NCBI GenBank assembly: GCA_021776525.1
Contig: JAJFFT010000004.1
Coordinates: 344,499-408,498, forward strand
Origin: Robiginitomaculum sp.
Lineage (GTDB): Bacteria; Pseudomonadota; Alphaproteobacteria; Caulobacterales; Maricaulaceae
Direction of reading: 5' to 3'
DNA: 64,000 bases
Both the position numbers and the translations under genes were made by a program. Positions 25,528 through 35,353 of the stretch are shown in pieces; the first letter of the stretch is position 1, and every line of letters starts with the position of its first letter. The notes below the pieces were generated by a model. That model searched no databases. It had not been told where the DNA came from and was given only the letters and a program-made list of their open reading frames with translations.

Positions 25528-26493
25528 ATGAAAGCCATAACCTGTCGTCGCTATGGGCCGCCCGAGGTGTTGCAGCTGGAGGAGGTTGAAAAACCTATTC
25601 CCGCCGATGATGAAGTGTTGGTAAAAATTCATGCCGCGACGGTGTTTACCGGTGATTGTGAAATGCGGGGGTTCAAATTCCCGCTTTCCTTTTGGCTTCC
25701 ACTGCGTCTGTTTATTGGACTTTTGCGGCCAAAACGGCCCATTCTGGGTCAGGAATTTTCCGGCGTGGTCGAGGCCATTGGCAAAGACGTGACACGTTTT
25801 AACGTGGGGGATGCAGTGTTTGGGCCGTCTGGCGGCTGGGGGGCGTATGCGCAGTATATTTGCCTGTCAGAAAATAAACCCATGGTCCACAAACCCAAAA
25901 ATATAACCCATGAAGCGGCGGCAACCGTGCCCACCGGCGGATTGAACGCCTTGCACTTTATCGGCAAAGCCGCCCTGAAACCGGGTCAGAAAATTCTGAT
26001 CAACGGGGCAGGCAGCAGTATCGGTACGGTTGCGGTGCAATTGGCCAAGGCCGCCGGGGCAGAGGTTTGGGCTGTGGACAGCGCCAAAAAGCTGGACATG
26101 TTGCGGACTATCGGCGCGGACCATGTCATTGATTACATGGCCGAGGATTTTACTAAAAACGCTGTGGTCTATGATGTGATCTTGGATGTTGTGGGTAAAA
26201 GTCATTTTTCGCGCAGTCTGCGTGCCTTAACCCCCGATGGGCGTTATCTTTTGGCGAACCCACGCGCCATCCCCATGTTGCGTGGGGTTTGGGCCAATAA
26301 AACCAGCACCCGAAAAGTGATGTTTTCCTTGGCCAGAGAGACGCTGGATGACGTGCAACATCTTGCTGATATGCTGGCGGATGGGACGCTAAAACCGGTT
26401 GTTGACCGGCGTTTTGCCCTCGAAGATATGGTGGCCGCACATCGTTATGTCGAAACCGGGCAAAAAACCGGCAATGTGGTCATTACCTTTTAG
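25528..26493 (+). CDS. NAD(P)-dependent medium-chain dehydrogenase/reductase (quinone oxidoreductase-like)
   Basis: 321 aa from MKAITC. It has a GroES-like N-domain and a Rossmann motif INGAGSSIGTVAVQLAK. The GTG at 25516 is an alternative start. Confidence 0.85.
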   Translation: MKAITCRRYGPPEVLQLEEVEKPIPADDEVLVKIHAATVFTGDCEMRGFKFPLSFWLPLRLFIGLLRPKRPILGQEFSGVVEAIGKDVTRFNVGDAVFGPSGGWGAYAQYICLSENKPMVHKPKNITHEAAATVPTGGLNALHFIGKAALKPGQKILINGAGSSIGTVAVQLAKAAGAEVWAVDSAKKLDMLRTIGADHVIDYMAEDFTKNAVVYDVILDVVGKSHFSRSLRALTPDGRYLLANPRAIPMLRGVWANKTSTRKVMFSLARETLDDVQHLADMLADGTLKPVVDRRFALEDMVAAHRYVETGQKTGNVVITF

Positions 26494-26567
26494 GCCGACA
26501 TAAATTTGACAAACAATCTGTCTTTCTAACGCAAAACCATTGTGGTGCTTGCTGAACTGGACGGGTT

Positions 26568-26858
26568 ATGACCGCTTACCTTGTGCTGGATTTTACTGTG
26601 CTCGATATGGGTGCATTTTTTGAATATATTGAGGCCGTTCCGGCCTTTATCGCCAAGCATGACGGGCGCTATGTTGTACAAGGCGCTGAGCCAGAGGTGA
26701 TGGAAGGCGACTGGTCACCCGAACGGCTGGTCATTCTGGAATTTCCGGTCAAGAAAAATGCCCGCGCCTTTCTGGATGACCCCGATTTTCAGGACCTGAT
26801 CGCTGTGCGCAAAGCCAACACCATCAGCAAGCTCATTCTGGTTGAGGGCTGCATTTAG
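26568..26858 (+). CDS. DUF1330 domain protein
   Basis: 96 aa. The pattern AYLVLDFTV.D...F.EY......I.KHDGRYVV.G...V.EGDW.P.R.VILEFP is typical of DUF1330. Confidence 0.85.
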   Translation: MTAYLVLDFTVLDMGAFFEYIEAVPAFIAKHDGRYVVQGAEPEVMEGDWSPERLVILEFPVKKNARAFLDDPDFQDLIAVRKANTISKLILVEGCI

Positions 26859-26886
26859 GGCGCGAATGCATTTTCATCCCGCGTCA

Positions 26887-27247
26887 TACCGGTGTCGGCC
26901 GGTATCCATCTTGAGGCATCAAAATAGGCCCTGGCCTGCGCCGGGGTGACGCCTTTGGTTAGCTTTCACCCTCGTCGCCCTCCGGTTAAACCGAAGGGTG
27001 ACGAACAGAGGGACTCAATATCAATACAACGGCAGCTTTTAACCAGGCTCTTTCCTCTCCCCCTAAAGGGAAAATGGGAGAGGAATAAGGTGAGGGGTTT
27101 GGGCTTTTGCAAGCGTATTGATCTGCCGATTCACTATCCCCTCATCCCAACCTTCTCCCCAAGGGAGAAGGGGAAAACTCGTCCTCATATAGCGAGGCTT
27201 GCTGTCGCGTCCTTCGAGGGTGCTACGCACCACCTCAGGATGAGGAG
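26887..27247. repeat. field of at least five REP/RIME-like GC-rich hairpins in a 440-nt non-coding spacer
   Basis: The hairpins are ATACCGG/CCGGTAT (26887-26906), TCACCCT/AGGGTGA with an inner CGGTT/AACCG (26967-27002), CCTCTCCC/GGGAGAGG (27055-27084), CCTTCTCCC/GGGAGAAGG (27152-27172) and TCCTCAT/ATGAGGA (27183-27247). The spurious translations (WIPADTGMT, PLIPTFSPREKG, HLRMRS) resemble well-known intergenic repeat artefacts. Confidence 0.5.
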
Positions 27248-27253
27248 CACAAG

Positions 27254-27297
27254 AAAACCCGTGCTCAAGTAGCGGGCGCTAGCACCGCGATAGCACA
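27254..27297 (-). terminator. probable terminator downstream of rnpB
   Basis: On the minus strand there is a compound hairpin (GUGCU...AGCAC with an inner UAGCG/CGCUA) followed by GGGUUUU. Confidence 0.45.
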
Positions 27298-27305
27298 AGA
27301 AAAAA

Positions 27306-27677
27306 GGCCAGATGACGTGTAAGCCGGGTTCTGTATCCCCTTATGCAAGCACAAAAGGCGACGATCATTCCTCTGGGATGCCTGTTACCAGACACCTCAC
27401 GCGACCGACCCGGATGACAGCGCAAAGACACGCCATATGCCATCCCTATTTGGTCTTGCTCCAGGTGGGGCTTGCCATGCCCTTCACATTGCTGCGAAGG
27501 CGGTGCGCTCTTACCGCACCTTTTCACCCTTACCGCACCATCGCTGGCGCAGCGGTTTGTTTTCTGTGGCGCTTTCCCTAGGATCGCTCCCGCCGGGCGT
27601 TACCCGGCACCCTGTCTTCGTGGAGCCCGGACTTTCCTCGATGCGTTGCCGCACCGCGATCGCCCAGTCATCTGGCC
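27306..27677 (-). ncRNA. rnpB: RNase P RNA, bacterial class A
   Basis: The reverse complement contains the universally conserved P4 strands GAGGAAAGUCCGGGCUCC and ACAGAACCCGGCUUA. It also has GGGUGCCGGGUAACGCCCGG, GGUAAGGGUGAAAAGGUGCGGUAAGAGCGCACC and CAAGACCAAAUAGG. P1 is closed by GGCCAGAUGAC/GUCAUCUGGCC. Confidence 0.95.
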
Positions 27678-27709
27678 CAGGGCGTAGAAAGGCGGTTTTT
27701 AGTCCCTCG

Positions 27710-28393
27710 TCAAGGGGACGGGATCAGTGCAGCCAATGCGTGGGCCATGGCACATGTTTGTGCATCAGCTTTGCCGGTCAGGTTTTGGGATAAAAATCGG
27801 CGTTGAAAAGCTGTGATGGTGTCTGCCTTGCTGGCCTGATCAGACCCGTAGCCGATATGGGCCAGGTCTTGGTGCAAATCGGCGTTTTGTGCGGACGTCG
27901 GCTGATCGATCCACAGGCCAAGACCAGCCTTGGCTAGCCTCTGCCAGTCAAAGCGTTCGCCGGGGTCAGTTTTACGGCCGGGCGCAATGTCCGAATGGCC
28001 GACAATGTTATGAGCGGCAATGTTGTGGTGCGATACAATCTGCTGACACAGGGTGATCAGCGCGTCCATTTGTTCTTGCGGATACTCTGGTAAGCCAAAA
28101 TCATGGCCACCATTGACGATTTCTATGCCGATTGATGCGCTGTTGATATCTGTTACGCCGCGCCAAGACCCAAGGCCCGCATGCCAGGCGCGCCGGTTCT
28201 CATCGACAAGCTGGAAAATACGCCCATCTTCTTCGATCAGATAATGCGAAGAGACTTTGGCGGCAGGATCGCGCAGGCGCGCAAGCGCCTCTGCACCGCT
28301 TTTCATACCAGTATAATGCAGAACCAGCATAGAGATAGGCAAAGTGCGGGCATCGTGATTAGGCGAAGGGGTCTTAATGATGCTCATCGGCAC
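27710..28393 (-). CDS. N-acetylmuramoyl-L-alanine amidase (AmpD-like, amidase_2) with a C-terminal peptidoglycan-binding-like domain
   Basis: 227 aa with the motifs LVLHYTGM, SSHYLI..DG, AWHAG.S.W, GIEIVN, IVGHSDIAPGRKTDPG. Confidence 0.9.
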   Translation of the reverse strand: MPMSIIKTPSPNHDARTLPISMLVLHYTGMKSGAEALARLRDPAAKVSSHYLIEEDGRIFQLVDENRRAWHAGLGSWRGVTDINSASIGIEIVNGGHDFGLPEYPQEQMDALITLCQQIVSHHNIAAHNIVGHSDIAPGRKTDPGERFDWQRLAKAGLGLWIDQPTSAQNADLHQDLAHIGYGSDQASKADTITAFQRRFLSQNLTGKADAQTCAMAHALAALIPSP

Positions 28394-28402
28394 AAAGCGG
28401 CG

Positions 28403-28714
28403 TTAGCGTGAGCCAAAAGGCCCAAAGCCGTCCACGGTCCAGCCATCGGGGCCGCGATGGGCGTTCAGTGTGTGTGGATCGCCTGATGTGCTGTTGCGTG
28501 TGCGCCGCGATCCGGTAATGCGAAAGATCAACCAGATCAGCGCCAGCGTACCAGCGATAATCAATGCGCCAATCACGGCCGCAATCGCAAAGAAAAAAGC
28601 AGCCAGAGCAGCCAAAGCTGCAAAACCAACCGCACCAAGCCAAAGGGCGCTGTTGCGAACAAAGCTTTTGATCCGGGACAGAAACCCGTTGTGTTCAATT
28701 TTTGCCGTCGTCAT
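28403..28714 (-). CDS. hypothetical membrane protein
   Basis: 103 aa from MTTAKIEH, with a GGAG Shine-Dalgarno. It has two hydrophobic helices (ALWLGAVGFAALAALAAFFFAIAAVIGALIIAGTLALIWLIF). Confidence 0.55.
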   Translation of the reverse strand: MTTAKIEHNGFLSRIKSFVRNSALWLGAVGFAALAALAAFFFAIAAVIGALIIAGTLALIWLIFRITGSRRTRNSTSGDPHTLNAHRGPDGWTVDGFGPFGSR

Positions 28715-28826
28715 GACAGTCTCCACGCGTCTATGCCCCCCAAGGCAAGACGAAACGTATCTTGGCATGTTTAGCGCCAAGGTCAATGCAGGCTAATGCG
28801 TGTTCATGTCAGGATTTAGGCAAGAC

Positions 28827-29513
28827 CTAGGCAGTCAGGCCCCGCTCGGCGAGTATCTTTTCATAGGCAAGATTGATCATCGCCATCTTTTTGCTGGCCA
28901 GACCCTGCATTTCGGGGGGCAGGCCCCGCGCCATGATTCGGTCTGGGTGGTTGGCAGAGGCCATGCGCCGATAGGCCTTTTTGATATCCATATCGCGGAT
29001 GCTCTCGTCAATTCCCAATATCAAGTACGGGTCATCAGGTTCGCGGCCCAGGCGGCTGGCGCGGATGCGGCGGTATTCGCGCGATGAAAAGCCAAAAATA
29101 TCTGCAACCTGTTTCAAATAGACCTCTTCATCATCGGTGACCCGGCCATCGGCGCGGGCGATGTGAAACAGGCCATCCAGTATGTCTTCCAATATACACG
29201 GGCAACAGCGAAACTTGCGGGCCACGCGCTTGGCATAGGATTCGTAACCCAATGTGGTCTGACGAAACAGATTAAACAGGCGAGCCACATCATTTTGGGC
29301 GCTTTCGGGGGCCGAAAACACTTCGCGAAAAGCGCTTATCTCTTCGGCCGTGACCAGACCGTCGGCTTTAGCCAGCTTGGCCCCAAGGGCAATCAAGGCG
29401 GTGGCAAAACCGGCATCATCCACACGCCGACCGGGCTTGAGTTCGCTCTCATGCTCGACAAAGAACGCGGCTGCGCCAGCGGCGATGTCGGTAACTTTTT
29501 GCCAAATGCCCAT
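28827..29513 (-). CDS. djlA: DjlA-like co-chaperone (TerB-like domain plus C-terminal J domain)
   Basis: The J domain carries HPD (DPYLILGIDESIRDMDIKKAYRRMASANHPD). A TerB-like tellurite-resistance fold lies upstream (LAKADGLVTAEEI...IARADGRVTDDEEVYL). The GTG at 29534 is an alternative start. Confidence 0.8.
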   Translation of the reverse strand: MGIWQKVTDIAAGAAAFFVEHESELKPGRRVDDAGFATALIALGAKLAKADGLVTAEEISAFREVFSAPESAQNDVARLFNLFRQTTLGYESYAKRVARKFRCCPCILEDILDGLFHIARADGRVTDDEEVYLKQVADIFGFSSREYRRIRASRLGREPDDPYLILGIDESIRDMDIKKAYRRMASANHPDRIMARGLPPEMQGLASKKMAMINLAYEKILAERGLTA

Positions 29514-29631
29514 GTGTTTGCTCGCTTGTACCACAGTTTGAGCAAATCAGGCCGGGTGTGGCAATCACAAATGGGCGTGCGCCGCAGTATCGCCAAAATA
29601 ACGGCTTTCCTTTGCGGCCAAATTGCGCGAC

Positions 29632-32600
29632 ATGGATATGATGAATAAAGCGCCTGATAATACGGCTCCATGGTCCTTCTGGATTGATCGCGGCGGCACG
29701 TTTACCGATGTGATCGGGGTCTGTGCCAATGGGCGTTTTGAAACCACGAAAATTCTGTCGGATAATCCGCAAAGCTATGCTGATGCAGCGATCGAAGGCA
29801 TCCGGCACATACTGGGTGTTTCGGCGGGACAGCCCACACCGGCGGACCGCATTACCGCGGTCAAAATGGGCACCACGGTGGCCACAAATGCTTTGCTGGA
29901 GCGCAACGGCACCAAAACCCTGTTTGTGACGACCAGTGGCTTTGCCGATGCTCTGTTGATTGGTGACCAGACGAGGGCTGATATTTTTGCGCTGGATGTA
30001 ACCCGGCCGCCGCCGCTGTATGATGATGTTCTGGAAATTGAAGAACGTATTGGCGCGGATGGGGCGCTGATCACGCCGCTGAATGAAAATGCTGCCCGAA
30101 AAGGGTTGCAACAGGCTTATGACCGGGGCTGCCGTGCGCTGGCAATTTGTTTGATGCACGGGTTTTTCCGGCCCGAACATGAACAGCGTCTGGCGCAGAT
30201 CGGGCGCGAGATCGGTTTTCAGGCGATCAGCACCAGCGCCGTTGACCCTTTACAAAAACTGATCCCACGAGCCTCGACCGTGCTTACCGATGCCTATCTG
30301 TCGCCGGTGTTGAACGATTATATGGACCGGGTGCGTGGTGCATTGGGGCGTGCACCGCTCTATTTTATGAAATCTTCTGGCGGGCTGGCTGCGGCTGACA
30401 GTTTTGCGGCCCGCGATGCGGTGCTTTCCGGCCCGGCAGGCGGCGTGGTGGGCATGGCTAAAACTGCGCTGAAAGCGGGTTTCCCCAAAGTCATTGGCTT
30501 TGACATGGGTGGCACCTCCACCGATGTGTCACGGGCCGAAAACGGCGACGTGGAACGCATGGCCGGTATGGATGTGCAAGGAGTTTTCCTGCGCGCCCCG
30601 ATGGTGGCGGTGCACACCATCGCCGCTGGTGGTGGCTCGGTCCTGAAATTTGAGGGTGGGCGCGCTCAGGTTGGCCCGCAAAGCGCCGGTGCAGCCCCCG
30701 GCCCAGCCAGTTATGGGCGCGGCGGACCACCAAGTCTGACCGATGCCAATCTGGCGCTGGGGCGTTTGCACGGGGACTTCTTTCCCAAGGTCTTTGGGCT
30801 GAACAGTGATGCTCCACCAGATCTGGCGGCTGCCCAAACCGCCCTTGATCTTTTGGCCAAAGATATGGCCGCACCAAACGCCGCTGATGCGGCACTGGGC
30901 TTTGTGGAAATTGCCGTTGAGAATATTGCCCAGGCGATCAAGTCAATCTCGCTGACCAAGGGGATAGATCCGGCGGGCTATGCGTTGGCTTCATTTGGCG
31001 GGGCGGGTGGTCAAATGGCCTGTGCTGTGGCCAGTGCTTTGGGCATGAAAACCGTGTTGGTGCACCCCTTTGCCGGTGTGCTTTCGGCCTTTGGGATTGG
31101 GCTGGCGGATTTGCGCGCAGAGCGGCGGCAATCGCTGCTCGTGCCGCTGGATGAGGCAGGTCTTAACGCTGCTCGGACACAGGCCGATATGCTGACCGCA
31201 GAGGCACGGGACGAGCTGTTACGCCACGACATTGATCCTGATAGAATCACCCGCAGCGCCGAAGTTTTCCTTAAATATGCCGGATCGGATTCAGTTCTGC
31301 CGGTGCCACTGGATGCTTGTGAGGCTATGCGGGCAAAATTTGAAGGAGATCATCAGCGGCTTTACGGGTTTGCCCGTTCGGGCGCAGAGATTGAGATGGA
31401 ATCGCTGGCTCTGGCGCTCGAGGCCGCGCCAAAAAACAGCACAAACATGGTCCTTGACCGTGCCGTGCGCGATATGCCGCCAGCACCTTTGACGACCAGT
31501 ACACTGGTCACCCGTTCCGGCCCGCTGGACCTGCCGGTCTATGCGCTTTCGAGTTTGGGCAGTGGGCACAGCATAGAAGGCCCGGCTCTTTTGGTGGATG
31601 ATCTATCACAAATCCTGCTGGAGCCAGGCTGGACCGCCAATATGCGCTCTGATGGTATGTTGGTGCTAAAGGGCGGCGCGCAATCAAGCCAGCTTGCCGA
31701 TCCGCATCAGGTTAATCCGGTCCAGCTGGAACTTTACAACCGACGCTTTATGGGTGTGGCAGTACAGATGGGGCAAGTGCTGGAGCGCACGGCCCTGTCG
31801 GTCAATATGAAAGAACGGCTGGATTTTTCCTGCGCAGTTTTTGATGCCGGCGGGGCGCTGGTGGCCAATGCCCCGCACATGCCGGTTCATCTTGGCTCTA
31901 TGTCGGCCAGTGTACGCGAAGTGCTGGCGCGCCTGCCCGACCTGCAACCCGGCGAAGCGGTGGCGCTCAATTCCCCTTATGCCGGCGGCACCCATGTCCC
32001 CGATATAACAGTGGTGATGCCGGTGGCCGATGCAACAGGCGCACGGGTATTCTGGGTAGCGGCGCGCGGCCATCATGCCGATGTTGGCGGCTCGCGGCCT
32101 GGCTCCATGCCACCATTTTCAACGCATATTGACGAAGAGGGCGTGATTTTCGATTGCCTGCCGATTTTGCGCCGCGGTGTGTTTCAGCAGACAGCAGTGC
32201 GTGACGTGCTGGGTTCTACTAAGTGGCCGGCGCGTAATCCCGACCAGAATATTGCTGACCTACAGGCCCAGATTGCCGCCTGCACCTGTGGTGCCAACGC
32301 GTTGATGCGCATGGTTTGTGACCATGGGCTAGGCACCGTGCAGGCTTATATGGGCCATGTGCGCGATAATGCCGAAGCCGCAGTGCGCGGCGTTATTGAT
32401 CGCCTGCAGTCGGGTGCTGCCGAAGTGCCAATGGATTGCGGGGCGGTTGTTAAGGTGCGCATTAAGGTTGATCATAAGGCCCGTCGTGCGGTGGTGGATT
32501 TCACCGGCACAACAGCGCAGATGAAAAATAACTTCAACGCCCCCTCATCTGTGGCTCGGGCCGCGGTGCTTTATGTTTTTCGCTGCCTTGCCGATGCTGA

Positions 32601-33237
32601 TATTCCGCTGAACGAGGGGTGTTTGATCCCGCTGGACATTATTGTTCCCGAAGGCTCGATGCTGGACCCGCATTATCCGGGGGCTGTGGTGGCCGGTAAT
32701 GTGGAAACCAGCCAGCACATAGTTGATGCTTTATTTTTGGCCAGTGGCCAGATGGCGGCGGCGCAGGGCACCATGAACAACCTGACTTTTGGCGATGCCG
32801 CGCACCAGTATTATGAAACCATATGTGGCGGTGCCGGGGCCGGTATGGGCTTTGATGGGCAAAGCGCCATTCATACCCATATGACCAATTCACGTCTGAC
32901 CGATCCCGAAGTGTTTGAGGGCCGTTTTCCGGTCAGGGTCGAGCATCATAGAGTGCGAGCCGGTTCGGGCGGCGCCGGGCAATATCTTGGCGGTCATGGC
33001 AGTGTGCGCCGCCTGCAGTTTTTGGCCCCGATGAGCGTGGCCTTGTTGTCCACACACCGATCAACCAATCCCCAGGGTTTGTTGGGCGGCGAAGACGGGG
33101 CCTGTGGCCTGCAAAAACTGATCCGTGCCGATGGCCGGGTTGAGGAACAGAAGGGTTGTTTTCAGGCTGATCTGAATTCTGGCGACAGTCTGGAAATTCA
33201 AACCCCCGGCGGCGGCGGTTTCGGCATTAAATCTTAA
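29632..33237 (+). CDS. fused hydantoinase A/B family protein (ATP-dependent 5-oxoprolinase-like)
   Basis: About 1200 aa. The N-terminus is HyuA-like ([22 protein letters not shown]) and the C-terminus is HyuB-like ([17 protein letters not shown]). The start is ambiguous among 29623, 29632, 29638 and 29641. Confidence 0.9.
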   Translation: MDMMNKAPDNTAPWSFWIDRGGTFTDVIGVCANGRFETTKILSDNPQSYADAAIEGIRHILGVSAGQPTPADRITAVKMGTTVATNALLERNGTKTLFVTTSGFADALLIGDQTRADIFALDVTRPPPLYDDVLEIEERIGADGALITPLNENAARKGLQQAYDRGCRALAICLMHGFFRPEHEQRLAQIGREIGFQAISTSAVDPLQKLIPRASTVLTDAYLSPVLNDYMDRVRGALGRAPLYFMKSSGGLAAADSFAARDAVLSGPAGGVVGMAKTALKAGFPKVIGFDMGGTSTDVSRAENGDVERMAGMDVQGVFLRAPMVAVHTIAAGGGSVLKFEGGRAQVGPQSAGAAPGPASYGRGGPPSLTDANLALGRLHGDFFPKVFGLNSDAPPDLAAAQTALDLLAKDMAAPNAADAALGFVEIAVENIAQAIKSISLTKGIDPAGYALASFGGAGGQMACAVASALGMKTVLVHPFAGVLSAFGIGLADLRAERRQSLLVPLDEAGLNAARTQADMLTAEARDELLRHDIDPDRITRSAEVFLKYAGSDSVLPVPLDACEAMRAKFEGDHQRLYGFARSGAEIEMESLALALEAAPKNSTNMVLDRAVRDMPPAPLTTSTLVTRSGPLDLPVYALSSLGSGHSIEGPALLVDDLSQILLEPGWTANMRSDGMLVLKGGAQSSQLADPHQVNPVQLELYNRRFMGVAVQMGQVLERTALSVNMKERLDFSCAVFDAGGALVANAPHMPVHLGSMSASVREVLARLPDLQPGEAVALNSPYAGGTHVPDITVVMPVADATGARVFWVAARGHHADVGGSRPGSMPPFSTHIDEEGVIFDCLPILRRGVFQQTAVRDVLGSTKWPARNPDQNIADLQAQIAACTCGANALMRMVCDHGLGTVQAYMGHVRDNAEAAVRGVIDRLQSGAAEVPMDCGAVVKVRIKVDHKARRAVVDFTGTTAQMKNNFNAPSSVARAAVLYVFRCLADADIPLNEGCLIPLDIIVPEGSMLDPHYPGAVVAGNVETSQHIVDALFLASGQMAAAQGTMNNLTFGDAAHQYYETICGGAGAGMGFDGQSAIHTHMTNSRLTDPEVFEGRFPVRVEHHRVRAGSGGAGQYLGGHGSVRRLQFLAPMSVALLSTHRSTNPQGLLGGEDGACGLQKLIRADGRVEEQKGCFQADLNSGDSLEIQTPGGGGFGIKS

Positions 33238-33390
33238 GCTTTCAATTTTAGTCTCATTGTACGGGCCAAAGGGGTGCAAACCCCGCTGGGCCATATGTGA
33301 CAGCAATGTTCTTGTATCGTTCTGATATTGTGATGAAAAATCGCAGAAACACGACGAAAAACTCTAAAGAATGTCTTAATTGTCGTTGTT

Positions 33391-33416
33391 TCCCATAAAT
33401 TCCCATGATATCCCAT
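33391..33416. promoter_or_regulatory. three direct TCCCAT repeats at exact 10-bp spacing (candidate MraZ operator in the dcw promoter)
   Basis: TCCCAT occurs at 33391, 33401 and 33411, which reads ATGGGA on the other strand. An inverted ATGGGG lies at 33428-33433. The repeats are 71-96 nt upstream of mraZ. Confidence 0.55.
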
Positions 33417-33486
33417 ATGTTAACAACATGGGGGTTGGACGAGGGCAGGGACGCTGTTCTGACCCATAACTGGGAGCCGGGCGCGC

Positions 33487-34011
33487 GTGTTTTTATCTAC
33501 ATCCGAACATAGTGCGGACGCGAAGAACCGGGTTTCTGTGCCAGCGGGCTATCGTGAGGCGCTGCGCGATGATCCTTACGACGCAATTTATGTTTTGCCG
33601 CATTTTGATGGCCCGTATCTGGAATGCGGGGGCGAGCAGTTTGTCCAGCAATACCGCATGGATATTGCCAACCTGCCGCGTTATGACGCCTTGCGTAAAG
33701 ATCTGGAAATCGCCGTTATCGGTGCCATCCGCCGCCTTGATTTTGACAGCACCGGGCGGGTCACCTTGCCGCGTGATTTTATCGATCATGCGGGCATAGA
33801 CGGGCGTTGTGCCTTTGTCGGGTGTGATAATCATTTTCAAATCTGGAATGCTGATGCCCACGCTGCGCGTCTGCGCGATGTGCGTTCGCGTCTTTCCGCA
33901 CGACTGGCCGACCCCGCCGAGGCCGAGCGCATGGGCGGCGGTACTGATCTTGGGTCTTTGTTGCGTAACAGCGAATCCCTTGCTGCCCTCTTGAAGGGGG
34001 AGAAGCTATGA
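33487..34011 (+). CDS. mraZ: transcriptional regulator MraZ
   Basis: 174 aa with a GTG start and two SpoVT/AbrB-like halves (DAKNRVSVPAGYR and DSTGRVTLPRDF). It is the first gene of the dcw cluster. Confidence 0.9.
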   Translation: MFLSTSEHSADAKNRVSVPAGYREALRDDPYDAIYVLPHFDGPYLECGGEQFVQQYRMDIANLPRYDALRKDLEIAVIGAIRRLDFDSTGRVTLPRDFIDHAGIDGRCAFVGCDNHFQIWNADAHAARLRDVRSRLSARLADPAEAERMGGGTDLGSLLRNSESLAALLKGEKL

Positions 34012-35003
34012 GCCATGCCCCGGTCATGCTGGATGAAGTGTGTGCGGCGCTGGATGTGCGCGATGGATCGCGCATTGTTGATTGTACTTTTGGGGCGGGG
34101 GGGTATTCGCGCGCCATTTTGGCTCATGAGGGTGTGTCCTTGCTGGGGCTGGACCGTGATCCCACGGTTATGCCGCATGTCGAGCAGTTGAGAGATGCGT
34201 TTGGGGCGCGCTTTTCATTTGTGCAGACCCCGTTTTCTGGCCTCGAGGCCGCCATAGCCAGCCAGGGCTGGGATGGTGTTGAAGGTGTGGTGTTGGATGT
34301 TGGTGTGTCGTCCATGCAAATTGATAATGCCGAGCGCGGTTTCTCCTTTATGCGCAATGGGCCATTGGATATGCGCATGAGCGATAGCGGCCCGACTGCC
34401 GCTGATGCGGTTAATCTGCTCAGCGCCCAGGAGTTGACTTCTATTTTTCGCAACTATGGCGAAGAGCGCGGCGCCCGCCGTGCCGCCGCCGCCATTGTTG
34501 CGGCGCGGGCTGATGCGCCGTTCACCACCACAGGGGCGCTGGCCGAGTTGTTGGCCAATGTGTTGGGTGCAGGGTGGCAGAAAATTCACCCGGCGACCCG
34601 TGTTTTTCAGGCGCTGCGTATTTATGTGAATGACGAACTGGGTGAATTGTCTCGTGCTTTGTTGGCGGCTGAACGGGTGTTGGTGCCCACAGGCCGGTTG
34701 GTTGTGGTTGCCTTTCATTCTCTGGAGGACCGGATTGTGAAGCAGTTTTTTCGCGAACGCGCAGAGCAGCCGTCGCAGGGTTCACGTCATATTCCGCAAG
34801 ATTCTGCAGCCGAGTTTGCGCCGTCGTTTTCGCTTTTGAGCCGCAAGGCCATCAAGCCCGGCGAGGCAGAGGTTTCCAAAAACCCGCGGGCCCGCTCGGC
34901 GCGACTGCGGGCTGGTGTACGTGAAGATGCAGCGCCGTTTTCGACCCAACCTGTCGGTTTTGCCGGCATTCCTGATCTTGATACGCTGGAGGCCATGATA
35001 TGA
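34008..35003 (+). CDS. rsmH: 16S rRNA (cytosine1402-N4)-methyltransferase
   Basis: 331 aa (HAPVMLDEV, DCTFGAGGYS, LDVGVSSMQID, FHSLEDRIVK). Confidence 0.95.
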   Translation: MSHAPVMLDEVCAALDVRDGSRIVDCTFGAGGYSRAILAHEGVSLLGLDRDPTVMPHVEQLRDAFGARFSFVQTPFSGLEAAIASQGWDGVEGVVLDVGVSSMQIDNAERGFSFMRNGPLDMRMSDSGPTAADAVNLLSAQELTSIFRNYGEERGARRAAAAIVAARADAPFTTTGALAELLANVLGAGWQKIHPATRVFQALRIYVNDELGELSRALLAAERVLVPTGRLVVVAFHSLEDRIVKQFFRERAEQPSQGSRHIPQDSAAEFAPSFSLLSRKAIKPGEAEVSKNPRARSARLRAGVREDAAPFSTQPVGFAGIPDLDTLEAMI

Positions 35004-35353
35004 TCCGGGTGTTTTATGGTCTAGCTACCGTGGTAATGGCGCTTTTGGCTTTTGCGTTGTATGTGGCCAAGACCGAAGCCCAAAGTGCACAGCAACGCAT
35101 TGCCAGCATGGAAGACGGTATCATTAGCGAGCTGGCCCATATCGCACAGTTGGAAAACGAGTTGGCTTATCTGGAACGTCCTGAACGTCTGGAGGCACTG
35201 GCGCGGGTGCATTTACAATTGCGGCCATTGGCTCCGGAACAGGACATGGCTTTTGCATTGCTCAGCGGTCAATACGCAGGGGCTTCGCCAAATGTTACGT
35301 CGAAAAATGCTGAGGCCAGCGGAGTTGTGTTGTCTGGCCGGGCGCATCAATAA
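35000..35353 (+). CDS. ftsL: cell division protein FtsL (alphaproteobacterial type)
   Basis: 117 aa with a single N-terminal TM helix followed by a coiled coil (LENELAYLERPERLE). It lies between rsmH and ftsI. Confidence 0.75.
   Translation: MIRVFYGLATVVMALLAFALYVAKTEAQSAQQRIASMEDGIISELAHIAQLENELAYLERPERLEALARVHLQLRPLAPEQDMAFALLSGQYAGASPNVTSKNAEASGVVLSGRAHQ

Noticed and set aside
26946-27272. 108-aa plus-strand ORF in the DUF1330-rnpB spacer.
   Set aside because: Its translation (PLIPTFSPREKG, HLRMRS) is the read-through of REP-like hairpins. It has no Shine-Dalgarno and its composition is not protein-like.
27279-27793. Four overlapping 70-120-aa ORFs on both strands.
   Set aside because: They overlap the RNase P RNA gene, whose conserved P4 and other motifs explain the sequence.
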